64,000 nt of DNA from Infirmifilum sp. Its GTDB lineage: Archaea; Thermoproteota; Thermoprotei; Thermofilales; Thermofilaceae. Position numbers and translations under genes: made by a program. Within the stretch, counting starts at the first letter, position 1; every line of letters begins with the position of its first letter. The notes below the pieces were generated by a model that searched no databases, had not been told where the DNA came from, and was given only the letters and a program-made list of their open reading frames with translations. Shown in pieces: positions 10,746-19,702 of the stretch. The DNA lies in NCBI GenBank assembly GCA_041287245.1, contig JBEULP010000003.1, positions 32,001-96,000 on the forward strand, written 5' to 3'.

Positions 10746-10808
10746 GGAATGATGATCCAGGCAGGCCTAGACCGTTCACGGGATGACCGGGATCTTGAGT
10801 GCTGACCC
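10746..10808 (+). ncRNA. Box C/D sRNA, predicted guide for tRNA-Leu(CAA) Cm34
   Basis: C box ATGATGA 10749-10755, C'-like GGATGA 10781-10786, D box CTGA 10802-10805; TTTTTA promoter about 25 nt upstream; intergenic. Confidence 0.85.
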
Positions 10809-10966
10809 GAGTGACCTCTTCTCAAGTAGCAAAAACTTGGTAAAAACATCTCCTAAAAAAGGAGGATTTCTATGGGACATGAAAAGTTAAGATTGAAATC
10901 GCTTCCCCCGTATCCCGCATAATCCTTTATTTATTCTTTTATAGTTTATCATCGCGGGGTTCAAAA

Positions 10967-11836
10967 ATGGTGTTTAAGATTCTTGTCTCAGGACTTATCC
11001 CATACGATTCCGGAAAAACATGGTTTACCCTAGGAGCCGCAGCTGCTTTTCAAGCCCGGGGGTTTAGAGTTGCGGTGTACAAGCCCGTCGCGGCTCATAA
11101 CTTGTGGTATAGTCCACGAACCGTTAAGCGGAGCCTTGAGCTTGGAAGCCTCGTTGGAAACGACATCCTGTTATACTATGATAGGGGGCTAGTTGAAAAC
11201 ATCGTTAGCGCCAATCCCATAGCTATTGCAACTGCTCCAACGGATCCACTCAAGTACAAGGCTTTCGAGGACTATGCGCGGGATCTCGAGCTTCTCGACA
11301 GGATAGCCGTCCTATCGAGAGTACATGAGTGCGGTGCGGGTAAAACCACTCATTATATTCACCCTGAGAATCTTGGAAAAATGACCTGGAAAACACTGAG
11401 AGTAATCGAGATATTGAGAAAAAGGTTACAGGCTGACACGTTGCCCTTTTCAGAACTTGTGAGGTATCTTTCCTCTGTCGATGCTGGGAGCAATTTAGAG
11501 TCATGCCTCGAACAAATCCAACTTAATAAGGACATCGTATTTGTTGAGAGTTTTAACGACGCGGTAGCCCCTTTTGGCTCATTGGTCGATAAAATAGAAT
11601 TGGTCGTCATCGTAGCGCCTGGAAAGGTACTCGTATACCGTGATGTTGAGAAACTCGGAGAGACCCTGGCGAGGACTGTTGAAAAGCTTGGGCAGGAAGG
11701 GTTCAGGAGTAAACATTTAATCACCGTTGGAAAACCGTGGCTCACATTATCATTAAACTACACTTCCAGCCCCATAGCTCAAAAAGCACATGAGCGTTTC
11801 GTTGAGAAAGTTGCGCCTCTCGTCGCCCGCGCTTAA
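10967..11836 (+). CDS. Archaeal P-loop NTPase (COG4028-like)
   Basis: GLIPYDSGKT, YKPVAAHNLW, VESFND. Confidence 0.8.
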   Translation: MVFKILVSGLIPYDSGKTWFTLGAAAAFQARGFRVAVYKPVAAHNLWYSPRTVKRSLELGSLVGNDILLYYDRGLVENIVSANPIAIATAPTDPLKYKAFEDYARDLELLDRIAVLSRVHECGAGKTTHYIHPENLGKMTWKTLRVIEILRKRLQADTLPFSELVRYLSSVDAGSNLESCLEQIQLNKDIVFVESFNDAVAPFGSLVDKIELVVIVAPGKVLVYRDVEKLGETLARTVEKLGQEGFRSKHLITVGKPWLTLSLNYTSSPIAQKAHERFVEKVAPLVARA

Positions 11837-11850
11837 AAACATATATTTCT

Positions 11851-12138
11851 GTGCTTGAAGCATTAACCATGATGCTTATCCGTGAGCTGTTGGGAAAAAA
11901 AGTTGTAACAGTTGATGGTTTGGATGTAGGCGTAATTGAGGATGTCCAAGTGTCAGATGACTGGAGGGTGCAAGGTCTTATTCTACGCTTGACGCGGGTT
12001 GCTGCTAAGGAGATTGGTATTCGTCTATCTCTTCGCGCGCGCGGCGTTGTCGACACATCTCTTGTAAAAGGTATTGGCGACTACGTCACTGTAGGTGTTG
12101 AACGTTCGAAGCTGAGAGAGTTTGTCAAGCCTCTCTAG
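11851..12138 (+). CDS. PRC-barrel domain protein
   Basis: LLGKKVVTVDGLDVGVIEDV...VKGIGDYVTV. Confidence 0.85.
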   Translation: MLEALTMMLIRELLGKKVVTVDGLDVGVIEDVQVSDDWRVQGLILRLTRVAAKEIGIRLSLRARGVVDTSLVKGIGDYVTVGVERSKLREFVKPL

Positions 12139-12141
12139 GCC

Positions 12142-12621
12142 GTGCGGTACATGTCTCATGAGAAAACTTTCGCTTGTAATAAGCCTTGCAGAAAGGGAGT
12201 TGTAGGTGGAACTTTCTCACTGCTACATGAAGGTCATAGGTTGCTTCTTCGAGTCTCTGCTGAAAACTCTTGCAGCCTTTTAGTGGGTGTTACCTCAGAT
12301 GAATATGTTGCGAAGAATAAGAAACACCCTGTAGAGCCATTTGACGAGCGGGTTAAGACAGTACTAGAATATCTACGGGGAGTGGATAAAAGCTTGGAAG
12401 TTCAAGTAGTAAGGATTGGTGATGCTTTTGGCCCTTCAGTTGAGGATGCCGAGGCTGATTGTATATTTGTATCTGAGGAGACACTCTATGGTGCATACCT
12501 CGTGAACCTCCTGCGAAAGATCAGGGGGTTAAGGCCCCTCCGCGTATACTGCATCGAGACACTCACATTCCATGGAGTAAGGCTATCCAGCTCGCTTCTC
12601 TGGTCGATGAGAAAAAACTAA
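12142..12621 (+). CDS. coaD: Phosphopantetheine adenylyltransferase (archaeal type)
   Basis: VGGTFSLLHEGH, GVTSD, VSEET, LSSS. Confidence 0.85.
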   Translation: MRYMSHEKTFACNKPCRKGVVGGTFSLLHEGHRLLLRVSAENSCSLLVGVTSDEYVAKNKKHPVEPFDERVKTVLEYLRGVDKSLEVQVVRIGDAFGPSVEDAEADCIFVSEETLYGAYLVNLLRKIRGLRPLRVYCIETLTFHGVRLSSSLLWSMRKN

Positions 12622-12839
12622 GAGTTTAGCCTAGGGAGAAAACTCTTCCTTAGGTATTCTGCGAGAACAACAGCTAGTACGATAAAGAGCACTAATACCC
12701 CGAGACCCATTATAGATCTCATAATGCCTGTAAAATTCCTTGAGACCAGCTCTGCAACTAGCACTAAAGCAAGCAGTATAACCCATGCTACGGCGAGCAG
12801 AGCTCCAACGGACAACACAACTCTCCCGGTCTTCAACAA
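12618..12839 (-). CDS. Small two-TM membrane protein
   Basis: Two hydrophobic helices; directly follows the GT4 gene with GGTGA SD. Confidence 0.65.
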   Translation of the reverse strand: MLKTGRVVLSVGALLAVAWVILLALVLVAELVSRNFTGIMRSIMGLGVLVLFIVLAVVLAEYLRKSFLPRLNS

Positions 12840-12842
12840 TCA

Positions 12843-13853
12843 TCACCTCATAAGGATGGCTGATATGATGGCAAGTCCGGCGGCGACAGACTCTATCCAA
12901 ATATAGACTCTCGCAACCTCTGGTTCTGTGGCGGGGCCACCTATCGTCAGGATTAACCTCGTGAGTGAAAGAGGAGCATCGGGGTCTCTGCTCGCCGTGA
13001 GCACGCCCCTCTCGTCGACGTGGATTGGTCTCTTCTTCACCTGGCGGTGCTCCTTGAAGCCTCGGAAGCTTACCAATATAAAGAAGCCGTTGAGGAGGTG
13101 GGGGAGTAGGAGGGTTAGAGCTATAAATTCAAGGTGTTCGACAACTGCTATCGCTCCTATGACTGCGCCTAGAAATAGGCTTCCACTATCACCGTTGAAT
13201 ACCCTTGCAGGATACGCATTGTACTTGTAGTAGGCTATTAAAGCTCCGAGCATTATGAGAGAGATCGTGAAGGCTGCATCTCGGCCTAGAATAAGGCTGG
13301 CTATAGCTAGGGCTGTAAAGGCAACAATGGAGGTGCCTGGAACCACGCCATTCATGACGTCAAGCATGTTCACAATGTTAGCGGCTCCCGCTATGGAAAT
13401 CGGCATGAGGAGCCAGTAGATTATGGTTATTCTTAGCCTCCCGATGAAGGGTAACTTTGGACGACCCCACTCTATAATATTTGGTGTGAGGACCCCGGCT
13501 GCTAGGACGGGGAGGATTCCTAGAACCGAAAGAACAGTCTTAATCTCTCCCTTAAGTATCTTAACGTCATCGATAAATCCTACAGCGAAACAAATCGCCC
13601 CGCTTAGAAATATTACGAGAGCCTTAATGGCTGTCGAGACTTCACTTGTAACAGCCAGTGCAAGGAGAAACGACACCGCCGTGCTGATGAATAATATGAC
13701 CCCGCCACTATGAGCGACGGTGGGATGCCCTGGCTTATGAGCGTCTGGTCTTACGATGCTCTTCTTATGTAGAAGTCTTATCAGCGGCTCTGAAATCAAA
13801 AATGTGACAATCAGAGAAACAGTAAAACCCAGGAAAGGTGGGAGCAACTGCAC
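12843..13853 (-). CDS. aglH: UDP-GlcNAc:dolichyl-phosphate GlcNAc-1-phosphotransferase (MraY/GT4 family)
   Basis: DAHKPG, GFIDD, NIVNMLDVMNG, PARVFNGDSGS; multi-TM. Confidence 0.88.
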   Translation of the reverse strand: MQLLPPFLGFTVSLIVTFLISEPLIRLLHKKSIVRPDAHKPGHPTVAHSGGVILFISTAVSFLLALAVTSEVSTAIKALVIFLSGAICFAVGFIDDVKILKGEIKTVLSVLGILPVLAAGVLTPNIIEWGRPKLPFIGRLRITIIYWLLMPISIAGAANIVNMLDVMNGVVPGTSIVAFTALAIASLILGRDAAFTISLIMLGALIAYYKYNAYPARVFNGDSGSLFLGAVIGAIAVVEHLEFIALTLLLPHLLNGFFILVSFRGFKEHRQVKKRPIHVDERGVLTASRDPDAPLSLTRLILTIGGPATEPEVARVYIWIESVAAGLAIISAILMR

Positions 13854-13854
13854 A

Positions 13855-14835
13855 CTATATCACCCCAAGCTCCCTGGCTACATAACCGATAATGGCAGGG
13901 AAGATTATTGTCGCGTCCCCAGGTACTGTGACATGACTTGCCCTAGGCTTTATTTTTCCCCAGCTTATCGCTTCACGTGTCCGGGCGCCACTCAGGCTTC
14001 CATCCCACTCGGGAGCTGAGGTTATAGCCACAGCGTAGTCCAGGCCCCCTCTGAACTGGGCCCACCATATTAGGTGATGTTTTGAGATTCCACCTCCCAG
14101 CATGAGTCCTCCCAGCTTTTCTGCCGAGTATACAATATCAGCTATCTTCCCCAGATCTCTAATAAGGTCAAGCTGTATAGGCTTTAGGGTAGAGCTTGCA
14201 CGCCCTTTCTCGTTGAACGTGTAGATAGCTGTGCCGAAAGCACCGTCCACGATACCTGGCGCGAAGATGGGGACATTTTTAGAGTAGGCTGCGTGGAGAA
14301 TCGAGTATGGATCACTCAGCCTTCTGCCGGCTTCGAAGGCAAGCTCACTGGGAGACCAGTCTGTCTTAGTCTTTGATAGTTCTTCAAGCATCATGTGGGT
14401 AAAACTCTCAACAGGGGGGCCATAGTTCTCAGAGGGCACTAAAATATTACCGAGACGGTGTATCTCCAATTCTTTCAGATACGCGTCGTCGAACTCGAAC
14501 TCTCCTATGTAGTATTTGTATCCCAGCCCTCTTGCTATATCGTGGTCGAAGGTTCCGCCCGTGGTTATCACTGCATGCGCCAGCCCATGCCGCAGAAGAT
14601 CTGCAAAGAGCCCCCTCAACCCTGTAGCTACAAGGTTAGCTGGAAAGCTAAACATGACTACAGCTCCACTCCTATACATCTCCAGCAGTGTCTCCGCGCT
14701 CCTTACAAGGTATCTCGCCGAAAAACCCCCCAGCTTACCCAGCAACCCGACAAGCCCTCCGGCGTTCTCTGCTGCCTCCTCCAAGCTGATGTCTTCAACC
14801 GGCTGCTGGAGCAGCGAGCTTCTCGTTTCGTCCAT
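13855..14835 (-). CDS. dys: Deoxyhypusine synthase
   Basis: HRLGNI, GGGISKHH, DGSLSGARTREAISWGK. Confidence 0.96.
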   Translation of the reverse strand: MDETRSSLLQQPVEDISLEEAAENAGGLVGLLGKLGGFSARYLVRSAETLLEMYRSGAVVMFSFPANLVATGLRGLFADLLRHGLAHAVITTGGTFDHDIARGLGYKYYIGEFEFDDAYLKELEIHRLGNILVPSENYGPPVESFTHMMLEELSKTKTDWSPSELAFEAGRRLSDPYSILHAAYSKNVPIFAPGIVDGAFGTAIYTFNEKGRASSTLKPIQLDLIRDLGKIADIVYSAEKLGGLMLGGGISKHHLIWWAQFRGGLDYAVAITSAPEWDGSLSGARTREAISWGKIKPRASHVTVPGDATIIFPAIIGYVARELGVI

Positions 14836-14839
14836 AGCG

Positions 14840-15064
14840 TCACCGTACCTTCAAGGCGTAAATTCCTGGCTTCGGAATCTTCAGCAGCTCTCTGATGCTT
14901 GAATTCTCAAGAGAGATTATTGCAACAAACCCGTCCCAGTCGTCTGAGAACTCCTTCCCGCCACAGATTGGGCACACTTCAATCTCATCTGGAACTAGAG
15001 CTTTACAGTTTGTACATGCCTTAAGTGGGAGCTTCCTCTTCCTTTTATGAGGCGTCTTTATCAC
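14840..15064 (-). CDS. spt4: Transcription elongation factor Spt4 (RpoE'')
   Basis: KACTNC...CPICG...WDG...PGIYALKVR; follows rpo7. Confidence 0.93.
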   Translation of the reverse strand: MIKTPHKRKRKLPLKACTNCKALVPDEIEVCPICGGKEFSDDWDGFVAIISLENSSIRELLKIPKPGIYALKVR

Positions 15065-15620
15065 CCTTCTTCTGCTTCTCTATAAGCTCCTTAATATACT
15101 CTAGCTTGCCCAGGTATGGCTGGCGCATTGTAAGCCTTACCCGCAGCTGCCCCTTCTGAACATCATAAGTAAAACCTGTTACGCGAGCCCGCACAACGTC
15201 GCCCCTCCTTATTATTCTCTTACCACTCTCAGCTATAACAACACCTTGATCCCTTTCATAAATAACGTCCTTCGTAGCGAAAACCTGAGAACGGTGTACA
15301 AAGCCGTCCACAGCTCCCAACCTTACTGTAAGGCCTATGTTTTCAACTAAAACAACCTCTCCCTCAACAACCTCCTGGTTCACAGGGCTGAAGACAAGAG
15401 CTGTGAACTGAGCCCTGTGATAAGACCCTGCCTCCCCGAAAGTCAGGTAACCCTCCTCAGAAGCCACAGCATCCAGAACCGAAACCACAAGTCCTATTCC
15501 CTCTAAAACCCTACCCTCAAAGCTTTCGCGAAGTATCTCTAGAGCCGCCTCATTAAGGGGCTTCCCGAACAGTCGTGGGGGAATTCTGATCACATCCTCG
15601 AGCCTCATTATCTTATACAT
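15045..15620 (-). CDS. rpo7: RNA polymerase subunit Rpo7 (E')
   Basis: DVIRIPPRLFG, S1 domain, LTMRQPYLGKLE. Confidence 0.96.
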   Translation of the reverse strand: MYKIMRLEDVIRIPPRLFGKPLNEAALEILRESFEGRVLEGIGLVVSVLDAVASEEGYLTFGEAGSYHRAQFTALVFSPVNQEVVEGEVVLVENIGLTVRLGAVDGFVHRSQVFATKDVIYERDQGVVIAESGKRIIRRGDVVRARVTGFTYDVQKGQLRVRLTMRQPYLGKLEYIKELIEKQKKGDKDAS

Positions 15621-15739
15621 AAGAACCCTAATGCCTCAGACACACCTCATTATATTTATTTTTCTAACACCCAAGCCTGCATGAAAAGCGTCGTCCGCCG
15701 ACGGCTAGTTTTTAATACCCTTTGCCACATAAATTCTAT

Positions 15740-16064
15740 GGGCCCGGCGGGAGCCCCGGGGGGCTAGCCCTCCCCTGTAACCGCAAACGGGCTAAAGGCG
15801 GGGGGCGTCAACCTCCGGAGGCGCCTGCAAGCCGCGCGTCTAGGCGTGAGCGCCTGCCGATGCACCCCGAGACTGCGGGACGCTCCGCTCCGTGCTAAGC
15901 TCCTCGTAGGGGGAGCGAAGCACGGCTAGGCCGAAACGGGTTAGGCCCGGGAGGGAGCGGCCCTAAGGCCGGCGGGGTGTGTTCGCAGAAACTCGGGGCA
16001 AGTAGCAGGCGTTCATGCCTAGACACGCTGGCCCAGGCTACTCCGGGGGGACGCCGCCGGGCTC
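15740..16064 (+). ncRNA. ffs: Archaeal SRP (7S) RNA
   Basis: Helix 1 GGGCCCGGCGG/CCGCCGGGCTC, Alu-domain TGTAACC, helix 6 GTAG (GNAR) tetraloop, helix 8 TAGGCCCGGAGGGAGCGG; TTTTTAAT promoter upstream. Confidence 0.93.
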
Positions 16065-16189
16065 GCTTGGGTGTAACCGTGTAAACCTTTTCCTCCTTAT
16101 ATACCCATTTAATTGTAAGGGTTGAAGAGCTGGGTCTCAGCTCCGGGCATAGCTAAAAGTTTAAGCATAGCCTCGCCAAATCTCTCATG

Positions 16190-16494
16190 GGCGCGGTGGG
16201 CCACCGGGCGGGCGCCGGCCAGCCACGGCGACGGGCTGGCTGTGGAACCCCCTCCCCTCCGCGGTCCGTGGCTGCGTAAGCAGCTCGGCGAAAAGCCGAG
16301 GGGGAGCGAAGGCCCCCAGGGTGGATGAGTATGACCTCCGGTAAAGGAGAGAAGACGCTCTGGGTATGCGTGAAATGCCCTCCCCACGGGGTTAGGGTCA
16401 AACAGGCCCTGTGAGGCACCGCGGTGAGGGCCGGGTAGACCCTTAGACGGATCCCGCCTAAACAGAAGAGGGGGTACGAGTGGCCCACCGCGCC
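16190..16494 (+). ncRNA. rnpB: RNase P RNA, archaeal type A architecture
   Basis: 15-bp P1 (16190-16204/16480-16494), P2 GGCGGG/CCCGCC, P4 GGAACCCCCTC/AACAGAAGAGGGGGTA, P6 CGCGGT/ACCGCG, P8/P9 hairpins, P12 with K-turn-like GA pairs; TTTAAG promoter about 16160. Confidence 0.92.
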
Positions 16495-16559
16495 AAAAAT
16501 AATCGCGCATATAGCCCAGAACCCGAAAATAATTAACTCCCTCCTGGTGTGTATACAGC

Positions 16560-17516
16560 GTGTATAGAGTTATTGACCTATTCTGCGGGGCTGGGGGGTT
16601 TTCACGGGGGTTTAAGGAGGAGGGATTTTCGATTGAGCTGGGAGTGGAGAGCATGGAGGTTGTCGCCAAGACATATGCTGCTAATTTTCCGGAGGCTAAG
16701 GTTTTACCTGTTGATATAAAAGAGGTTCACTCGCTCGACCTTGCGAAAATTGTTGAGAAACCTGACGTCATAATAGGCGGTCCTCCATGCGAGGCTTATA
16801 CGCGTGCAAATCCCCGGCGCCGCGAAGACCCCTACGAGAGGCTCTACGACGACCCTTTAGGCTCGCTGGTGCTTCACTTTATAAGAATTGTGGGAGACTT
16901 TGAACCGAAGGTCTTCGTAATGGAGAACGTTCCCGGCATAATGGATGACGGCTTAGATAATGTGCTTAGAAGAGAGTTCGCAGAGGTTGGCTACAGCAAA
17001 ATATACTTTAACATACTTAGGGCAGAGGAGCATGGCACTCCTTCACATAGAACACGAGTGTTCGTCTCTAACATACCTATTGAGCCGCCTAAACAGGAGA
17101 AGGTGGTTGTTATCCAAGCTCTGGAGGGGCTGCCGCCTCCAGACGAATATTATAACATTCCAAACCATGAAGTCGTCCCCTTAGGGCCTCACCGTCTTAA
17201 ACGTATTGCAAGGCTCAGGTGGGGAGAGCCGCTCGTGAGGTACAGAGGGTATAAAGGCAGAATCCTGGGAAATATTGTCAGACTCCACCCATACAGGGTA
17301 GCACCGACTGTCATGGGGTCGTCTAGATTTGTCCACCCCTTCGAGAATAGGCTTCTCACAGTGAGAGAGCAGGCGCGTCTCATGGGCTTCCCAGACTATC
17401 ACGTATTCCTCGGCGGCAGGGATTTACAGTTCAACCAGGTTGGCGAGGCTGTTCCTGTGCCTTTGGCAAGGGCGATTGCACGCGAAGTTAAAAAATACCT
17501 AGACTTGATGAATTAA
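16560..17516 (+). CDS. C5-cytosine methyltransferase (Dcm family), orphan
   Basis: Motif I DLFCGAGG, IV GGPPC, VI ENV, IX REQARLMGFPD, X QVGEAVP. Confidence 0.93.
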   Translation: MYRVIDLFCGAGGFSRGFKEEGFSIELGVESMEVVAKTYAANFPEAKVLPVDIKEVHSLDLAKIVEKPDVIIGGPPCEAYTRANPRRREDPYERLYDDPLGSLVLHFIRIVGDFEPKVFVMENVPGIMDDGLDNVLRREFAEVGYSKIYFNILRAEEHGTPSHRTRVFVSNIPIEPPKQEKVVVIQALEGLPPPDEYYNIPNHEVVPLGPHRLKRIARLRWGEPLVRYRGYKGRILGNIVRLHPYRVAPTVMGSSRFVHPFENRLLTVREQARLMGFPDYHVFLGGRDLQFNQVGEAVPVPLARAIAREVKKYLDLMN

Positions 17517-17647
17517 ATGTCGCATCATGTACCAATAATAGTGAGATACCCCGGAGATAACACTAGCCGCAACATCTTCGCTTGGCAGAGTTTTTCTTCA
17601 CACGCAAAAAGTTTAATGCTATCATGAGAAAATATAAGGCGAGGAAT

Positions 17648-18139
17648 ATGGGAAACTTTACTGTGATACCGGTTCTACACAACACCTCCAGCGCTCAACG
17701 GCTCGCAGAAGTCGCGCGAACCGTTTATGGCTTAGGCTTTAACCACTTTATCGTCACAAAGGCTGTAGGCTCCGCCGCCCAGGTCGGTGTTCCTGAGGCG
17801 CAGAAACTCGCATACAAGTCCGGGAAGAACCTCTTGGTTTTAGCAGACCTTCCAGAGGCTGTAGAACTGCTACAACCTAAGAAGGTTTTACTAGTTATGC
17901 CCGGAAAATACGGCGGTAGAAGACTACAGGACACTCTAGCAGAGCTTGAGAAAGACACAACTGAAAACAACAAGGTATTCATAGTCTTCGGAGGGGCAGA
18001 ACCCGGCTTGTCCCAGCGAGAGCTAAGGCTGGGTGAGGTTGTAAGCCCAGAGGGAATAGAGGAAGATATCGGCACAGTAGCTCTTGCCGCAATAACGTTG
18101 TATAAGATTCGCGCGCATCTACTTAGCGGGCAACCTTAA
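17648..18139 (+). CDS. DUF2122-like SPOUT-fold protein
   Basis: [29 protein letters not shown]; start trimmed to ATG 17648. Confidence 0.75.
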   Translation: MGNFTVIPVLHNTSSAQRLAEVARTVYGLGFNHFIVTKAVGSAAQVGVPEAQKLAYKSGKNLLVLADLPEAVELLQPKKVLLVMPGKYGGRRLQDTLAELEKDTTENNKVFIVFGGAEPGLSQRELRLGEVVSPEGIEEDIGTVALAAITLYKIRAHLLSGQP

Positions 18140-18316
18140 CCGCGTGACAGTCTTCTTATTCTTCCAATCATAGCTTCGCATTCTCTTGGATCGGCCGAAG
18201 CCGCAGTGGGCACAATAGCCTTTCTTCACGTTGAAGCTGTGGTGTCCGCATCTTCTACATCTAATGTGTGTTTTTCCTGAGCCTCTCTTACCAAACGAGG
18301 TCGTACCCTTTACCAT
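18119..18316 (-). CDS. rpl37e: 50S ribosomal protein L37e
   Basis: [25 protein letters not shown]. Confidence 0.97.
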   Translation of the reverse strand: MVKGTTSFGKRGSGKTHIRCRRCGHHSFNVKKGYCAHCGFGRSKRMRSYDWKNKKTVTRLRLPAK

Positions 18317-18328
18317 GGAGCCTCACCC

Positions 18329-18565
18329 TTAGGAGGTGGCGGGGCTAATTAAAACAACATTGTCGCCCCTGACAACAATAGTGCCGTATTGTCTTGTCCT
18401 GTTGCCCCTAACCTCCTCAGCATTCTCTAATATGAGGTTCAAGTGATAGTCGAAGCTCTTGAGAATTCCTCTTATTTCCCGGCCACCCTTGAGCTTTACG
18501 AGCACACTTTTACCCACAGAGTCAGCCAGTATGTCTACAGTTCCCTCCATATTTGACGCCTGCAT
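18329..18565 (-). CDS. Sm-like (Lsm/SmAP) protein
   Basis: VLVKLKGGREIRGILKSFDYHLNLIL, VRGDNVVLISP; canonical linkage to rpl37e. Confidence 0.95.
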   Translation of the reverse strand: MQASNMEGTVDILADSVGKSVLVKLKGGREIRGILKSFDYHLNLILENAEEVRGNRTRQYGTIVVRGDNVVLISPATS

Positions 18566-18634
18566 TTCTTCGAATAAACTACCCTTTAAAGTTTTTCTTA
18601 ACCCTACACGCGCGAAGCTCGGGCGGTCAAGCGT

Positions 18635-18709
18635 CGATGTGTTTATAACCACTCCAGCTTTATTATTTTGACAAACCGAGAAGCCGGGGTGGCCGAGCGG
18701 ACCAAGGCG
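18635..18709 (+). repeat. 75-bp exact direct repeat, copy 1 (48 nt promoter/leader plus 27 nt of tRNA-Ser)
   Basis: Identical to 21050-21124. Confidence 0.95.
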
Positions 18710-18785
18710 GCGGACTCGAGATCTCGTCTACGTGAAATCCGTTGCCCGCGAGGGCGCCCGGGTTCAAATCCCGGCCCCGGCGCCA
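18683..18785 (+). tRNA. tRNA-Ser(CGA), 16-nt intron at 37/38 (18721-18736), CCA encoded
   Basis: Cloverleaf with long variable arm; BHB-type junction. Confidence 0.93.
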
Positions 18786-18912
18786 TGTTCTAGCGCGCGT
18801 TAGGTTTGGGTGTCAGCCTTATTCTAGGCAAGGGTTGTTGCGTGCCCCCTGGTTCTCATCCAGGTCTAGGGTAACTTTAATTAAGAAATTCTCTTTGTTC
18901 TTCTAGAGTTAT

Positions 18913-19662
18913 ATGAGGAACATTGTCTTATTCCTTGGACCTGCGGGAAGCGGAAAGACCTCGTTGACAGCGGCGTTTGGAAGGTGGTTGAGGACGAAAA
19001 TGCTGTTGCCCACCACAATACTTAATCTGGATCCTGGCGTAGAGTTCCTGCCTTACCAGCCTGACGTCGATATAAGAGAGTATGTAACAGTGGATCAGGT
19101 AATGAGGGAGTTTATGCTTGGACCAAATGGGGCCCTATTGAAGAGCGCTGAGATAGCTTCGAAGCATCTGGTCGAGATGAAAGAGAAAATCAAGAGGCTG
19201 CCATCACCATACCTCCTCGTTGACACTCCTGGGCAAATGGAGCTTTTCCTCTACCGAGACTTCGGTCCACGCTTCGTAGAAGAGTTCCGTGAAATTGGCT
19301 ATATAATTGGCGTGGTTATAGTCGACCCTACCCTTGCCTCCATGGCGCAGGATGTTGTTTCCCTGAAGCTTCAGACCTTAATCGTACAGCTCCGCCTAGG
19401 CATTGACGCGATTGCGGTTATAAACAAGGCTGACACGCTCACAAGCGATCCTAGACTTTTCGCCGACACCGAGTACCTTCAATTAAAGCTTCGGGAGAAC
19501 AAGGGATTGGCGGCAGAGATCTCCGAGAAAATCCTCAACCTGCTTGCCGACTACAAGCTTGCCACTAGAACACCACTGGTTTCAGCCACGACGGGAAAAG
19601 GTTTAGAAGAACTCTACGACATGCTTCACGAGATTTTCTGCACCTGTGGAGACCTCACTTAG
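18913..19662 (+). CDS. GPN-loop GTPase
   Basis: GPAGSGKT, NLDPG, LGPNG, DTPGQME, NKAD. Confidence 0.93.
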   Translation: MRNIVLFLGPAGSGKTSLTAAFGRWLRTKMLLPTTILNLDPGVEFLPYQPDVDIREYVTVDQVMREFMLGPNGALLKSAEIASKHLVEMKEKIKRLPSPYLLVDTPGQMELFLYRDFGPRFVEEFREIGYIIGVVIVDPTLASMAQDVVSLKLQTLIVQLRLGIDAIAVINKADTLTSDPRLFADTEYLQLKLRENKGLAAEISEKILNLLADYKLATRTPLVSATTGKGLEELYDMLHEIFCTCGDLT

Positions 19663-19702
19663 ATTACGCGTGAACCATTGAAATAACTATTTAAGCCGAG
19701 CT

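Noticed and set aside
16109..16669. ORFs 16109..16669, 16122..16328 and 16153..16488
   Set aside because: They overlap the GC-rich RNase P RNA gene and have Pro/Gly/Arg-biased, non-protein-like sequence.
18813..18870. Possible C/D sRNA (GGATGA...CTGA, minus strand) or tRNA-like remnant (CCTGG-TTCTCAT-CCAGG)
   Set aside because: No internal boxes, terminal stem or full cloverleaf; the nearby TATA box is better explained by the GPN GTPase gene.
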